From an uncultured delta proteobacterium (GTDB taxonomy: Bacteria > Myxococcota_A > UBA9160 > SMWR01), in assembly GCA_963832165.1 (NCBI GenBank), contig CAWHTE010000003.1, forward strand, positions 288,001 to 352,000: a stretch of DNA of 64,000 bases. Reading direction: 5' to 3'. The position numbers and the translations under genes were made by a program. The first letter of the stretch is position 1. Each line of letters opens with the position of its first letter. The notes under the pieces are model-generated. The model saw only the letters and a program-made list of their open reading frames with translations. It made no database searches and had not been told where the DNA came from. Of the stretch, positions 1 through 9,961 are shown one piece after another.

Positions 1-1
1 T

Positions 2-520
2 CCCGAGCTCACCGCGCGTGTGGGAGGTCGCGTCGTGCACCGCCCCGTGCGGCTCGTCGCGGACACCCGCCTGCGGCTCCCGCCCGGTGCGCGCATGCTG
101 CGCGGCGCTCCGGGCTCTACCTGGGTACTCTGCGGCGCGGGAGCGCCGCGCGCACGGCGTCGGGCGCTCGAGGCGGCGGGCGCGCGCGTGCTCGAGCTGC
201 CGCGCGATGGAGATCGACTGGACCTGCGCCGCGCGCTGCGGCGCCTCTCGCAAGAGGGATTGACCGAGATTCTCGTGGAAGGTGGCGGACAACTCGCAGC
301 CGGATTGCTGCGCCGGTCGCTCGTGGACGAGCTGCACTGGTTCACGGCGCCGCTCGTGATCGGCGCCGACGGCCGCGCTGCGCTCGGAGCACTCGGAGTG
401 CGCGCGTTGGCCGCGGCGCCGCGCCTGGCCGCCGTCTCGCTGCGCCGCGTGGGGGAAAGTGCGCACTGGGTCGGGCGCTTCGCGCCCGCGGGCGGCCGCG
501 CGCGCGGGGTCGCGCTGTGA
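2..520 (+). CDS. ribD: RibD C-terminal reductase domain (5'-truncated by window edge)
   Basis: LVEGGGQLAAGLLRRSLVDELHWFTAPLVIG is the RibD_C motif; lies directly upstream of ribH. Confidence 0.88.
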   Translation, partial: PELTARVGGRVVHRPVRLVADTRLRLPPGARMLRGAPGSTWVLCGAGAPRARRRALEAAGARVLELPRDGDRLDLRRALRRLSQEGLTEILVEGGGQLAAGLLRRSLVDELHWFTAPLVIGADGRAALGALGVRALAAAPRLAAVSLRRVGESAHWVGRFAPAGGRARGVAL

Positions 521-1002
521 AGTTGTTCGCGGGATCGTCCGGATCGGCTCCGCTGCGCTTCGCGGTAGTGGTGTCGCGCTTCAACCACCTCGTGTCGGTG
601 CGCCTGCTCGAGGGCTGCACGGCCGAGCTCTCGCGGCGTGGCGTCGCCGCCGAAGACGTCCACGTCGCCTGGGTGCCCGGCGCGTTCGAGATTCCGCAGA
701 CCGCGCGCGCTCTCGCCGACACGCGGCGCTACGACGCGATCATCGCGCTCGGCGTCGTGATCCGCGGCGGCACGCCGCACTTCGACTACGTGTGTCGCGG
801 TGTCACCGACGGCGTGCGCGAAGTGATGCGCGACACCGGCGTACCGGTGGCGTTCGGCGTGCTCACCACCGACGACGTCGACCAGGCGCTCGACCGCGCG
901 GGCGGCGAGCACGGCAACAAGGGACGCGACGCCGCGCAGGTGGCGATCGAGATGGCGCGCTTGCTGCCCGCGCTGCGCGAGCGGCCCGGAGGTACGCCGT
1001 GA
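517..1002 (+). CDS. ribH: 6,7-dimethyl-8-ribityllumazine synthase
   Basis: VVSRFN, VPGAFEIP, GVVIRGGTPHFDYV, GNKG motifs. Confidence 0.97.
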   Translation: MKLFAGSSGSAPLRFAVVVSRFNHLVSVRLLEGCTAELSRRGVAAEDVHVAWVPGAFEIPQTARALADTRRYDAIIALGVVIRGGTPHFDYVCRGVTDGVREVMRDTGVPVAFGVLTTDDVDQALDRAGGEHGNKGRDAAQVAIEMARLLPALRERPGGTP

Positions 1003-1433
1003 GCGCGAAGCGTCCCGCGCCGCGCCGCGATTCGCGCCGGCTCGCGCTCCAGGTGCTCTACGCGGCAGACCTCGCGCCCAGCACTGTGCCCGAGGCCACG
1101 TTCGAGCGCGTGGCGGAGAACTTCGACCTGAATCCGGGTGCGCTCGTGTTCGCGAAGGAGCTCGTGTGCGGCACGATGGCTGCACGCGACGAGATCGACG
1201 CGCAGATCACCCAGCACGCGCGCAACTGGCGGATCGAGCGCATGGCCGCGGTCGATCGCAACCTGCTCCGCCTCGCGGTCTACGAGCTCCTGCGCACCGA
1301 CACGCCCACGCAGGTCGTGATCAACGAAGCGGTCGAGCTCGCGCACGACTTCGGCGGCGAGCGCTCGCCCGCGTTCATCAATGGCGTGCTCGATGCGGTC
1401 GCGCGCAGCTGCGCGCGCCCCGGAGAGGCCTGA
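999..1433 (+). CDS. nusB: Transcription antitermination factor NusB
   Basis: GTG overlapping ribH stop; RRDSRRLALQVLY, NWRIERMAAVDRNLLR, INEAVELA, FINGVLD. Confidence 0.96.
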   Translation: MSAKRPAPRRDSRRLALQVLYAADLAPSTVPEATFERVAENFDLNPGALVFAKELVCGTMAARDEIDAQITQHARNWRIERMAAVDRNLLRLAVYELLRTDTPTQVVINEAVELAHDFGGERSPAFINGVLDAVARSCARPGEA

Positions 1434-1436
1434 GCG

Positions 1437-2045
1437 GTGCCGCAGCTCGGACTCGCGCCGGCCGCGATCGAGCGCGTGCGCGCTGATCTCGCGGTGGTGC
1501 CGCTGTTCGCGGCCGAGCGCCCGCTGCGCGCGGCCGCGGGCCGCGTCGACTGGCGCCTGTGCGGCCGGCTCTCGCACCTGTTCGCGGGCGAGCGGCTCTC
1601 GGGCGCGTTCGGCGAAGCGGTGCTGATCCCGGGCGGGGGCGGCATGTGCGCACCGCGCGTGATCGGCATCGGCGCTGGCGAGCGCGCGTCGATCGACGCC
1701 GCGCTCTGGGAGCGCTGGGTGAACGATGCGTTCGAGCGTTCGCGCGGGCTCTCCGCGCAGCGCATCGTGATCGCGCTGCCCGAGCTCGAGGTCCCGCTCG
1801 CGGAGCGGCTCGCTCTACTCGCGCAATGCGCTGCCCGCGTGACGCTGCCCGCGGAGATCGAGATCGCGCCCGAGCCCGGCGACCTTCCGGGCACCACGGA
1901 TTGGCTGCGCGGTGCCGCCCGGCGCTCGCGGCCCGAAGGTCTACAGATCCGTTTGCCCGCCGATCTCTCGGTCCCCCAGGGGGCCGATCCCGAACCCACG
2001 CGAGCCTGGTCAAGTCAGGAACCTGCCGGCCGATTCTCTCGTTGA
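1437..2045 (+). CDS. Stand-alone peptidase M17 (leucyl aminopeptidase) N-terminal-domain protein
   Basis: ERPLRAAAGRVDWRLCGRLS...GEAVL resembles the M17 N-terminal domain; no catalytic domain present. Confidence 0.65.
   Translation: MPQLGLAPAAIERVRADLAVVPLFAAERPLRAAAGRVDWRLCGRLSHLFAGERLSGAFGEAVLIPGGGGMCAPRVIGIGAGERASIDAALWERWVNDAFERSRGLSAQRIVIALPELEVPLAERLALLAQCAARVTLPAEIEIAPEPGDLPGTTDWLRGAARRSRPEGLQIRLPADLSVPQGADPEPTRAWSSQEPAGRFSR
2010..2036 (+). promoter_or_regulatory. sigma28/FliA-like promoter
   Basis: TCAA-N15-GCCGATTC, about 60 bp upstream of the DUF4388 gene ATG. Confidence 0.5.
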
Positions 2046-2096
2046 AGGGGTATCGCGACCGGGTGCATTCCCGAGCCGCGGTGCCGCAGGGGTGGG

Positions 2097-3791
2097 ATGA
2101 GTCTCGTCGGCAGCCTCGAGGACCTGGGCCTCGCGGACATTCTCCAGATCGTGAGTTTGTCGCGGAAGTCCGGGATGCTGATGCTCCGCTCGGAGAGCGG
2201 TGACGGCCGGATCATGCTCCGCGACGGGCTGGTCCAGGGTGCCGCGATCAAGGGCGAGGCCGAAGACCTGCGCGCAGTGCTCCTGTCCCAGGGATGTGTC
2301 GAGGCGGGAGCGTTCGATCGCGCGCGCAGTCTCGCGGGCGCCGAATCGCTCGCGCTCGACGAGGCGCTGCAGCGCGAGTGCGGACTGACGCCCGATCGCC
2401 TCGCGTCGCTGCGCCGCGCGCACGTGGAGCGCTCGGTGATCCGGATGTTCGGCTGGCGCAGTGGCGAGTTCAGCTTCGAGATCCGCGACGAGCTCACCGC
2501 GGACGATCGCGAACTGCTGCTGCCGACAGGACTCTCCACCCAGTACCTCGCGATCGAAGCCACGCGGCAGGGAGACGAGCTCGCGCAGGCGGGTGGCGCG
2601 TCGCGCATCGATCCGTTCGCCGATAGCGACGCCGACATCGAGGAGCCCGTGTTCAGCGGTGAGGAGAGTGCGGTCGACACGCTCGCGCTCGGCACCGCAC
2701 ACCGCGCCGACGCCGACCCCGAGTTCGCGCCCGACGAGGCGCCCGCGGCCGCCGAGGTGGTGATCGCGGGCCCCGAGGCGGGGCCGACCGAGATCGCTGT
2801 GTCCGTGCTTCCCGCTGCGGAGCCGCGCGCAGCGGCGGCGGGCCACCTCGTGGCGATCGACTCCGACCTCTCGAGTCTCGAATGGCTCAAGGACTCGCTC
2901 GACGGACTCTGCAAGCGCGTGCACATCTTCCAGCACCGCGATGCGGCGTTCGATCGCGTTCGCCAGTACTTGATGCGCGGAGTCGTTCCGACCGTCGTCG
3001 TCAGCGACGCGAGCCGCGAGCCGCGCAGCACGGAGCTGTCGAGCTTCGTGCGGCGGCTGCGCGCAATCGCACCCGCGATTCCGATCCTGGCGCTGAGACC
3101 CGAGCACGCGGGCGAACGCGTGCCCGAGGGCGCCGACGGCGTGGTCTTCCGTCCCAACTCGCCCACGGCCGATCGCCGGCGCTGGCATCTCTATCACGCG
3201 CTCGCGACGCGGCTGCGCGCGGAGCTCGAGCCGTGGGTGCGCGGCGAGCACGACGCCAGCGCGCGGCGCCGCGCCCAGGGCGCGCTCGCGCGGCTCAAGC
3301 GCGCGAGCGAGCGGCTGCGCGATCCGTCGACGCAGGGCGAGGTCCTCTCGCTCGTGCTCGACTTCGCGGCCGAGTCGTTCGCGCGCGTGGCGATGTTCAT
3401 GGTGCGCGACGAGGTGGCGGTCGGAATGGCGCAGCGCGGTCTGCCTCCCACGGGGGGCCCCGACGACGAGCGCATGCGCGCGATCGAGCTGGCTCCCGAT
3501 GCGATGCCCGAGCTGTTCGAGGCAGTGCTCGAGCGGCGCGCGGCGCATCGCGCAGCGATCAGGGGCCCGCGCGACAGGGCACTCGCGACGCTGCTCGGCG
3601 CGGCGGCCCCGGGGGAGGCCTACGTGGCCCCGATCGAGAGCGGCGGGCGGGTGGTCGCGCTGATCTACGCCGACAACCTGCCGGACGAGAAGCCGCTGGG
3701 GGACCCCACGGCGTTCGAGATCGTGCTGCACGAGGCGGGTCTCGTGCTCGACCGCGCGGTGCTCGAGCGCGCTCTCGCAGAGCGAAGTTAA
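2097..3791 (+). CDS. DUF4388 (PATAN-like) domain + degenerate receiver-like segment + C-terminal GAF-like domain protein
   Basis: MSLVGSLEDLGLADILQIVSLSRKSG...FGWRSGEFSF (DUF4388); C-terminal YVAPIESGGRVVALIYAD (GAF-like). Confidence 0.8.
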   Translation: MSLVGSLEDLGLADILQIVSLSRKSGMLMLRSESGDGRIMLRDGLVQGAAIKGEAEDLRAVLLSQGCVEAGAFDRARSLAGAESLALDEALQRECGLTPDRLASLRRAHVERSVIRMFGWRSGEFSFEIRDELTADDRELLLPTGLSTQYLAIEATRQGDELAQAGGASRIDPFADSDADIEEPVFSGEESAVDTLALGTAHRADADPEFAPDEAPAAAEVVIAGPEAGPTEIAVSVLPAAEPRAAAAGHLVAIDSDLSSLEWLKDSLDGLCKRVHIFQHRDAAFDRVRQYLMRGVVPTVVVSDASREPRSTELSSFVRRLRAIAPAIPILALRPEHAGERVPEGADGVVFRPNSPTADRRRWHLYHALATRLRAELEPWVRGEHDASARRRAQGALARLKRASERLRDPSTQGEVLSLVLDFAAESFARVAMFMVRDEVAVGMAQRGLPPTGGPDDERMRAIELAPDAMPELFEAVLERRAAHRAAIRGPRDRALATLLGAAAPGEAYVAPIESGGRVVALIYADNLPDEKPLGDPTAFEIVLHEAGLVLDRAVLERALAERS

Positions 3792-3850
3792 GAAGTCTCC
3801 ACATACCCGCACCCCGGCCGTAGCAAGTGCGCGGAAGTCCGCCCGCCACC

Positions 3851-3878
3851 TCAAGAAGTCGGTTGGCGGCGCCGATAA
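3851..3878 (+). promoter_or_regulatory. sigma28/FliA-like promoter
   Basis: TCAA-N16-GCCGATAA (consensus -10 element) in the intergenic region upstream of cheY-cheA. Confidence 0.6.
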
Positions 3879-3944
3879 TTCCCGTGGGCCCGCTGCAAGC
3901 TTCGCGCAGCGTGCTCTAGGCCATTCGATCGCGGGGGAGGCGCC

Positions 3945-4322
3945 GTGCCGCGGATCCTGATCGTGGAAGATTCACCGACCATGCGGTCGCTGCTCACCTC
4001 CTCGCTGGAGGAGCTCGAGGGCGTCGTGAAGATCACGGAGGTCGCGAGCGGATTCGAAGCGCTGCGCCACCTGCCGCGCGAGCAGTTCGACCTGATCGTC
4101 ACCGACATCAACATGCCGGACATCAACGGTCTCGAGCTGGTGTCGTTCGTGAAGAACAACGCCGCCTATCGCGACATACCGCTCGTGATCGTGTCGACCG
4201 AGGGGTCCGAGCGCGACCGCGACAAGGGCCTCGGCCTCGGCGCCGACGCGTATCTCGTGAAGCCCTTCGCGCCGGAGGTGCTGCGCGACCTGGCGCAGCG
4301 GCTGCTGGACGGCGCGGAGTAG
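3945..4322 (+). CDS. cheY: Single-domain response regulator CheY
   Basis: VEDS, TDINMP, ST and KPF receiver residues; GGAGG RBS; directly before cheA. Confidence 0.9.
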   Translation: MPRILIVEDSPTMRSLLTSSLEELEGVVKITEVASGFEALRHLPREQFDLIVTDINMPDINGLELVSFVKNNAAYRDIPLVIVSTEGSERDRDKGLGLGADAYLVKPFAPEVLRDLAQRLLDGAE

Positions 4323-4331
4323 GTCGGCGCC

Positions 4332-6392
4332 GTGGCGAAGAAGGGCGGCATGCGCGGCAGCAACAAGGCGGACCGCGAGTTCGTTTCCGAGGCCGAAGAG
4401 ATCCTCGAGACGATGCGCGCGCGGCTCGCGGATCTCTCGGACCGCCTCGGCGCAGGCGCCGAGGCGGATCCGGACCTCGTCAACGCGCTATTCCGCGCGG
4501 CGCACTCGCTCAAGGCGCTGGCCGGAATGTTTCGCTTCGATCCGATCGAAGCCCTTGCGCACCGGCTCGAGGACGCGCTCGACGGACTCCGGCTCGGGCG
4601 CGTTGCGCTCTCGGCACCGCTGCTCGCGTGGATCGACGACGTGGTCGCTCTGTTCGCGGCGCTGCTCGAGCAGGTCGGCGACAGCGCGGCACTCGCCCAA
4701 TCCGCCGCGCGGATCGAGGCGCTCACCGCGGGCGTCGGCGCGCCGGCGGCGCAGAGCGCGCCGGAGGACGAGTTCGCAGCGCTCGATCTCGATCCGCGCG
4801 TGCTGCGCGCGCTCACCGAGTACGAGGAGCATCGGCTGCGCGAGAACCTGCGCCGGGGCCGCCACATCGCGCTCGTCGACGCACCGTTCGAGATCAAGAC
4901 CTTCGAGGAGGGACTCGCGGAGCTCTCGGGCGCACTGCGCGAGATCGGCGAGGTGCTCTCCACGCTGCCGTCTCCGGGCGACTCGCTCGAATCGCAGATC
5001 CGCTTCTCGCTGCTCGTGGCGACCGATCTCTCCGCGGCGGAGCTGGCCACGCGCGCGGAGTTTCCCGGCGCCACGGTGCGCACGGTGCACGCGGGACGCG
5101 CGGTGGCACCGGTCGCCGTCGCCGAGCCGGTCGCGCCCGCACCCGTGGAGCCGGAGACCGACGCTCCCGCGCCGATCCCGGAGCTCGAGTCGCTCAAGTC
5201 GATCAGCGACACGGTGCGCGTCGACATCCGCAAGCTCGACGATCTCATGAACCTGGTCGGCGAGCTCGTGATCCAGCGCGGGGCGATCGGCGACCTGGTC
5301 GCGCGTCTGGTGTCGCGCAGCGACACCGCGCGGATCGGCAGCGAGTTCGCCAAGGTGCACAAGAGCCTCGACCGCAAGCTCCGCGAGCTGCAGTCCGCGG
5401 TGCTCGAAGTGCGGATGGTCCCGCTGCGCCAGGTGTTCGAGAAGGTCTCGCGCGTCGTGCGGCGGCTGCGGCGCGAGCTCGGCAAGCAGGTGGAGCTCGA
5501 GATCCGCGGCGCCGACACCGAGCTCGACAAGCTGATCGTCGAGGCGCTGGTCGATCCGCTGATGCACGTGGTGCGCAACGCCCTCGATCACGCGATCGAA
5601 ACCGCTGACGAGCGCCGCGCGCTGGGCAAGGACGAGACCGGCTCGATCGCGATCGATGCGTTCCAGCGCGGTAGCCACGTGGTGATCCAGGTGCGCGACG
5701 ACGGGCGCGGGATCGACCGCGAGGCGGTGCGCCGCCGCGCCGAGCAGCTCGGGCGCGTCGAGCCGGGCGCAGTGCTCACGGAGAAGGAGACGCTCGATCT
5801 GGTCTTCGTGCCGGGCATCTCGACGCGCGATCAGGTCACCGAAACGAGCGGCCGCGGCGTCGGCATGGACATCGTGCGCTCGAACCTCGCATCGCTCGGC
5901 GGCGTCGTGGACATCGATTCGACGCCGGGCCGCGGCACCGCGATCGCGATGACGCTGCCGATCACGCTCGCGATCATCCAGTCGCTGATCGTCGGGGTGC
6001 GCGACCGCCGCTTCGCGATCCCGCTCAACTCGGTGCTCGAGACGCTCGTGATCGATCCGAACACGATCCAGCTCTCCGAAGGGCGGAGCCTCTTGAATCT
6101 GCGCGGCGAGCCGCTGCTGCTGCGCCGGCTCGACGACGAGTTCGGGCTCGCGGGCGGCGCGCGCGCAGCGCGCCCGTGCGTGATCGTGGTCGGGATCGGC
6201 GATCAGCGCGTGGGCCTCGTCGTCGACCGCCTCGAGGGCCAGCAGGACACCGTGATCAAGCCGATCCAGGGCCCCGTGCAGAATCTGCGCGGGATCGCGG
6301 GCGCCACCGACCTCGGCGATCAGGATCCCGTGCTCGTGCTCGATCTCTCGGCGCTCGTCGAGGACGCGTTGCGGCGCAGGGAGGCGGCGTGA
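4332..6392 (+). CDS. cheA: Chemotaxis histidine kinase CheA
   Basis: Hpt FRAAHSLK; VRVDIRKLDDLMNLVGEL; HVVRNALDH; DDGRG; SGRGVGMD; C-terminal CheW domain. Confidence 0.97.
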   Translation: MAKKGGMRGSNKADREFVSEAEEILETMRARLADLSDRLGAGAEADPDLVNALFRAAHSLKALAGMFRFDPIEALAHRLEDALDGLRLGRVALSAPLLAWIDDVVALFAALLEQVGDSAALAQSAARIEALTAGVGAPAAQSAPEDEFAALDLDPRVLRALTEYEEHRLRENLRRGRHIALVDAPFEIKTFEEGLAELSGALREIGEVLSTLPSPGDSLESQIRFSLLVATDLSAAELATRAEFPGATVRTVHAGRAVAPVAVAEPVAPAPVEPETDAPAPIPELESLKSISDTVRVDIRKLDDLMNLVGELVIQRGAIGDLVARLVSRSDTARIGSEFAKVHKSLDRKLRELQSAVLEVRMVPLRQVFEKVSRVVRRLRRELGKQVELEIRGADTELDKLIVEALVDPLMHVVRNALDHAIETADERRALGKDETGSIAIDAFQRGSHVVIQVRDDGRGIDREAVRRRAEQLGRVEPGAVLTEKETLDLVFVPGISTRDQVTETSGRGVGMDIVRSNLASLGGVVDIDSTPGRGTAIAMTLPITLAIIQSLIVGVRDRRFAIPLNSVLETLVIDPNTIQLSEGRSLLNLRGEPLLLRRLDDEFGLAGGARAARPCVIVVGIGDQRVGLVVDRLEGQQDTVIKPIQGPVQNLRGIAGATDLGDQDPVLVLDLSALVEDALRRREAA

Positions 6393-6904
6393 GCGGCCCG
6401 TCCGCGAGCTCCTCGGAGTCGTGGGACGCGCTCGCGCGCGCGGCTGCCGCGCACCGCGACGCGCCCGCACCGGCCGAAGTCCTGCGCCAGCTCCTGTGCG
6501 TGCGCGTCGACGGCGTCCCGTACGCGGTGCCGATCGAGAACGTGCGCGAGATCGTGCGGGTGCGGCCGATCACGCCGATCCCGCGCACGGTCAGCTCCGT
6601 GCGCGGCGTGATCTCGCTGCGCGGGGAGATCATCCAGGTGATCGATCTGCGGCTGCGGCTCGGCCTCGCGCCCGCAGCGTCGAGCAAGGCGACGCGCATC
6701 GTCGTCGTGCAGGCCGACGACGGCCGCGCCGCGGGTGTACTCGTGGACGAGGTTCGCGAGGTGCTGCGCGTGTCCGAGTCGGCGATCGGCTCACCGACAG
6801 CGGCCGACGCGCTGGGAGTCGTTGCGGCGCTGTGCACGAATGGCGCCGAGTTCGTGTCGGTCGTGGACCTGAACCGTCTGCTGGAGGTGTCGGGCCGTGC
6901 CTAA
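6389..6904 (+). CDS. cheW: CheW adaptor (1)
   Basis: YAVPIENVREIV, VRGVISLRGEIIQVIDLR, GVLVDEV; GTG overlaps cheA stop. Confidence 0.92.
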   Translation: MSGPSASSSESWDALARAAAAHRDAPAPAEVLRQLLCVRVDGVPYAVPIENVREIVRVRPITPIPRTVSSVRGVISLRGEIIQVIDLRLRLGLAPAASSKATRIVVVQADDGRAAGVLVDEVREVLRVSESAIGSPTAADALGVVAALCTNGAEFVSVVDLNRLLEVSGRA

Positions 6905-7391
6905 CCTCTCGCTCGGCGCCGACAACCGCGTGATGCTGGCCGTGTTCCGCGTCGGAAGCGGAGTGTTCGCACTCGACGTGACCTGCCTGCGCGAGGTGGT
7001 GCGCTGGCAGACGTCCACGGTGCTGCCCAAGGCACCGCGCCTGATCGAAGGCGTGATCGACCTGCGCGGAGTGGTCGTGCCCGTGGTCGACCTCGGCCGC
7101 GTGCTCGGGATGAGCGCGGTCGTGTCGGCTCCGACCGCGCGGATCGCGATCGTCGAGTCGGACGGGCTCGTGATGGGACTCGCGGTCGATGCCGCGGTCG
7201 AAGTGGTGTCGGTAGAGGTGGCCGCGCTCGAAGATCCTCCCGCGCTGGCGACCCATGCGGGCTACGACGCCGCGCGCGCCGTGGTGCGGCGGCCGGGCAG
7301 CGCGCCGGTGCTCGTGCTCTCGCTCGAGCACATCCTCGAGTCGGTCTACCGATCGGCGCTCGCGCGCCAGCCAGTGGAGGATGCGGCGTGA
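6897..7391 (+). CDS. cheW: CheW adaptor (2)
   Basis: IEGVIDLRGVVVPVVDL, GLAVDAAVEV. Confidence 0.92.
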   Translation: MPNLSLGADNRVMLAVFRVGSGVFALDVTCLREVVRWQTSTVLPKAPRLIEGVIDLRGVVVPVVDLGRVLGMSAVVSAPTARIAIVESDGLVMGLAVDAAVEVVSVEVAALEDPPALATHAGYDAARAVVRRPGSAPVLVLSLEHILESVYRSALARQPVEDAA

Positions 7392-9934
7392 ATCGCGAGA
7401 ACCTGATCGACGGCAAGAGCTTCGTGATGCGCGCCGTGGGCCTGAACACGGCGCTGTCGATTCCTGCGCTCGTGATCGTTCTCGGCTGCGCGGCGGCGCT
7501 GCTCGACCTGCCCGGAGAGCTCTGGAAGGGGCTGTGGACCGGGATCGCGCTCTACACCGTGTTCGCCTCGCCCGTGAACTTCCTGCTCCAGCGCCGCACG
7601 ATGACGCCGATCGCCGAGTGGCTGGACGAGGAGACGCCCGAGGGTGAGCTCACGCAGCGCGCCTTCGCGGCGATGCTCGCGTTCCCGCAGCGCATGGCGT
7701 TCGGCGCCCTGCTGGGATGGATCGCGCCGACCGCGCTGATCTCGATCGGCATGGAGATCTCCTACGTCGATCAGTGGACCGCGTGGGATACCTGGGTGCT
7801 CTTGATCGGCGGCTTTGCTGCGGGGTTCAGCGTCGGCACGCTGACGGGATTCCTCCTGAAGGGCGGCGAGTTCGCGCGCGTGCGCGATGCGCTCGCGAGC
7901 GCGGTGGGCGGCCCCGAAGAACGCCGCCGACTCGCGCCGCGCATGCCGATCCGCGCGAAGCTGGTCGTGACGATCTCTGGCGCGTGCCTGGTGCCGGTGC
8001 TGTTCGCGGTGCTGATTGCGCTCGATCAGGGCGCGAGCGCGCTCGAGTCGATGGCGCTCGATTGGACCCAGCGCGTGCTCGCCGATCTGCCGGCCGATGC
8101 GAACGCCGAGCAAGTCGCAGAGCTGCAGCAGCGGCTCGCGTCGCTCGCACTGCCGGCACCCGTGACGATCGCCGCGCTCGGCGGTGCGGAAGGGGAGCTG
8201 CCGGGCGGGGTCGCGGAATCGGTCGCACGCGCGGCGGCTTCCGGGACCAGCGGCAACAGCAATGGATTCGGCACGCAGGCGGTGTTCTCGTGGCGAAAGC
8301 TCGGCGACGGCACGGTCTGGATTGCAGTCGTCTCGGCGCAGGATCTCTACGCGCGCGGCGCTGCCTCTCCGGAGTTGATCGTCGGGCTCGTCGCGCTGTC
8401 GGTCGTGTTCGCGTTGATGCTCGCGTGGTTCATGGCCCGCGATGTGTCGACACCGGTCGCGATCCTGCAGGCCGCGGCGGACCGGCTCGCCTCGGGCGAT
8501 CTGCGCCAGGCCGCGAGCTACGAGTCGGAGGACGAACTCGGTGATCTGGCGCGCTCGTTCGACGGCATGGTCGAGTCGCTGCGCGCGACGATCGCGCGCG
8601 TCGCGGCGTCGGCGAACGGCCTCGAGGCGCGCGCGGGCGCCCTCGGGCCCGTGTGCGAGACGCTCTCTGCCGCGACCGTCGAGCAGGACCAGGGTACGCG
8701 GCGCGCTGCTGAGAGCATGGAGCAGATCAACGCGCAGGTGTCCGGCATCGCGCAGTCGAGCGCGGCGCTCAACGAGAGCATCGAGGAGTCGAGCAGCTCG
8801 ATTCTCGAGCTCGGCGCATCCGGCGAGGAGCTGAACGAGACCGCGAGCCTGCTCTCTTCGAAGGTGGACGAGGTCTCGAACTCGATCGAGCAGATGGTGC
8901 GCTCGGTGAAGCAGGTGTCCGAGAACACCGAGGCGCTCGCAAGCGCGGCCGAGGAGACCTCGGCGTCGATGGAAGAGATGGCGACCTCGCTGCGCGAGGT
9001 GGACACCTCGGCCGCGGAAGCGGTACGCCTCTCTCAGCGCGTCGTCGAGCGCGCCGAGAGCGGACGCATCAAGGTGAGAGAGACGATCGCGGGCATGGAG
9101 GCGATCCGAGAGGCGACCGAGACCGCCGAGGAGGTGATCCGGAACCTCGGCGCGCGCGCGGTGGAGATCGGCGCGATCGTGAACGTGATCGACGACGTCG
9201 CGGACGAGACCAATCTGCTCGCGCTCAACGCCGCGATCATCGCCGCGCAGTCGGGCGACCACGGCCGCGCGTTCAGCGTGGTGGCCGAGGAGATCAAGGA
9301 TCTCGCCGAGCGCGTGCTCGCGAGCACCAAGGAGATCGGCGGACTGATCCGCTCGGTGCAGCACGAGGCGGGCAAGGCGACCGCCGCGATCGAGCGCGGC
9401 AGCGCATCCGTCGCGAGCGGTGTGGACTTGTCGGCCGAGGCGGGCATGGCGCTCGAGGAGATCACGGCTGCGTCGCAGGACAGCGGGTCGCGAATCTCTG
9501 GAATCGTCTCCTCGCTGCGCGAACAGGCGAAGGCGGCCGGCCACGTCGTGGATCTGATGGAGCGCGTGCGCGGTGGGGTCGACGTGATTCGCCAGGCCTC
9601 CGCCGAGCAGAATCGCGGCAACGTGGTGGTGTTCCAGGGCGCCGTGACCATGCGTGAAGTGGCGCTGCAGGTGCGCGGCACTACCGAGGAGCAGGCGCGC
9701 GGTTCGGGGCGGATTCGCGAGAGTGTGGAAGAGGTGCGCGAGGCGGTGGAGCGGATCAATTCGGCGCTGCAGGAGCAGTCACAGGCCTGTTCGGCGGCCG
9801 CCGACTTCCTCGAAGAGGTACGCGGACGCGGCGCGACCAACGAGCAGGCGACCCACACGGTCGCCGAGGTCGCGCGGGAACTCCTGGCCCAGGCCGAGGA
9901 GCTGCGCGGAGAGGTGCGGCGGTTCCGGATGTAG
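7388..9934 (+). CDS. Methyl-accepting chemotaxis protein with multi-pass N-terminus, HAMP and long signalling domain
   Basis: About 6 hydrophobic segments; HAMP (SEDELGDLARSFDGM); hairpin tip ETNLLALNAAIIAAQSGDHGRAFSVVAEEI. Confidence 0.95.
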   Translation: MNRENLIDGKSFVMRAVGLNTALSIPALVIVLGCAAALLDLPGELWKGLWTGIALYTVFASPVNFLLQRRTMTPIAEWLDEETPEGELTQRAFAAMLAFPQRMAFGALLGWIAPTALISIGMEISYVDQWTAWDTWVLLIGGFAAGFSVGTLTGFLLKGGEFARVRDALASAVGGPEERRRLAPRMPIRAKLVVTISGACLVPVLFAVLIALDQGASALESMALDWTQRVLADLPADANAEQVAELQQRLASLALPAPVTIAALGGAEGELPGGVAESVARAAASGTSGNSNGFGTQAVFSWRKLGDGTVWIAVVSAQDLYARGAASPELIVGLVALSVVFALMLAWFMARDVSTPVAILQAAADRLASGDLRQAASYESEDELGDLARSFDGMVESLRATIARVAASANGLEARAGALGPVCETLSAATVEQDQGTRRAAESMEQINAQVSGIAQSSAALNESIEESSSSILELGASGEELNETASLLSSKVDEVSNSIEQMVRSVKQVSENTEALASAAEETSASMEEMATSLREVDTSAAEAVRLSQRVVERAESGRIKVRETIAGMEAIREATETAEEVIRNLGARAVEIGAIVNVIDDVADETNLLALNAAIIAAQSGDHGRAFSVVAEEIKDLAERVLASTKEIGGLIRSVQHEAGKATAAIERGSASVASGVDLSAEAGMALEEITAASQDSGSRISGIVSSLREQAKAAGHVVDLMERVRGGVDVIRQASAEQNRGNVVVFQGAVTMREVALQVRGTTEEQARGSGRIRESVEEVREAVERINSALQEQSQACSAAADFLEEVRGRGATNEQATHTVAEVARELLAQAEELRGEVRRFRM

Positions 9935-9961
9935 CTCCGGATCCGCCAGGAGGATCGATTC

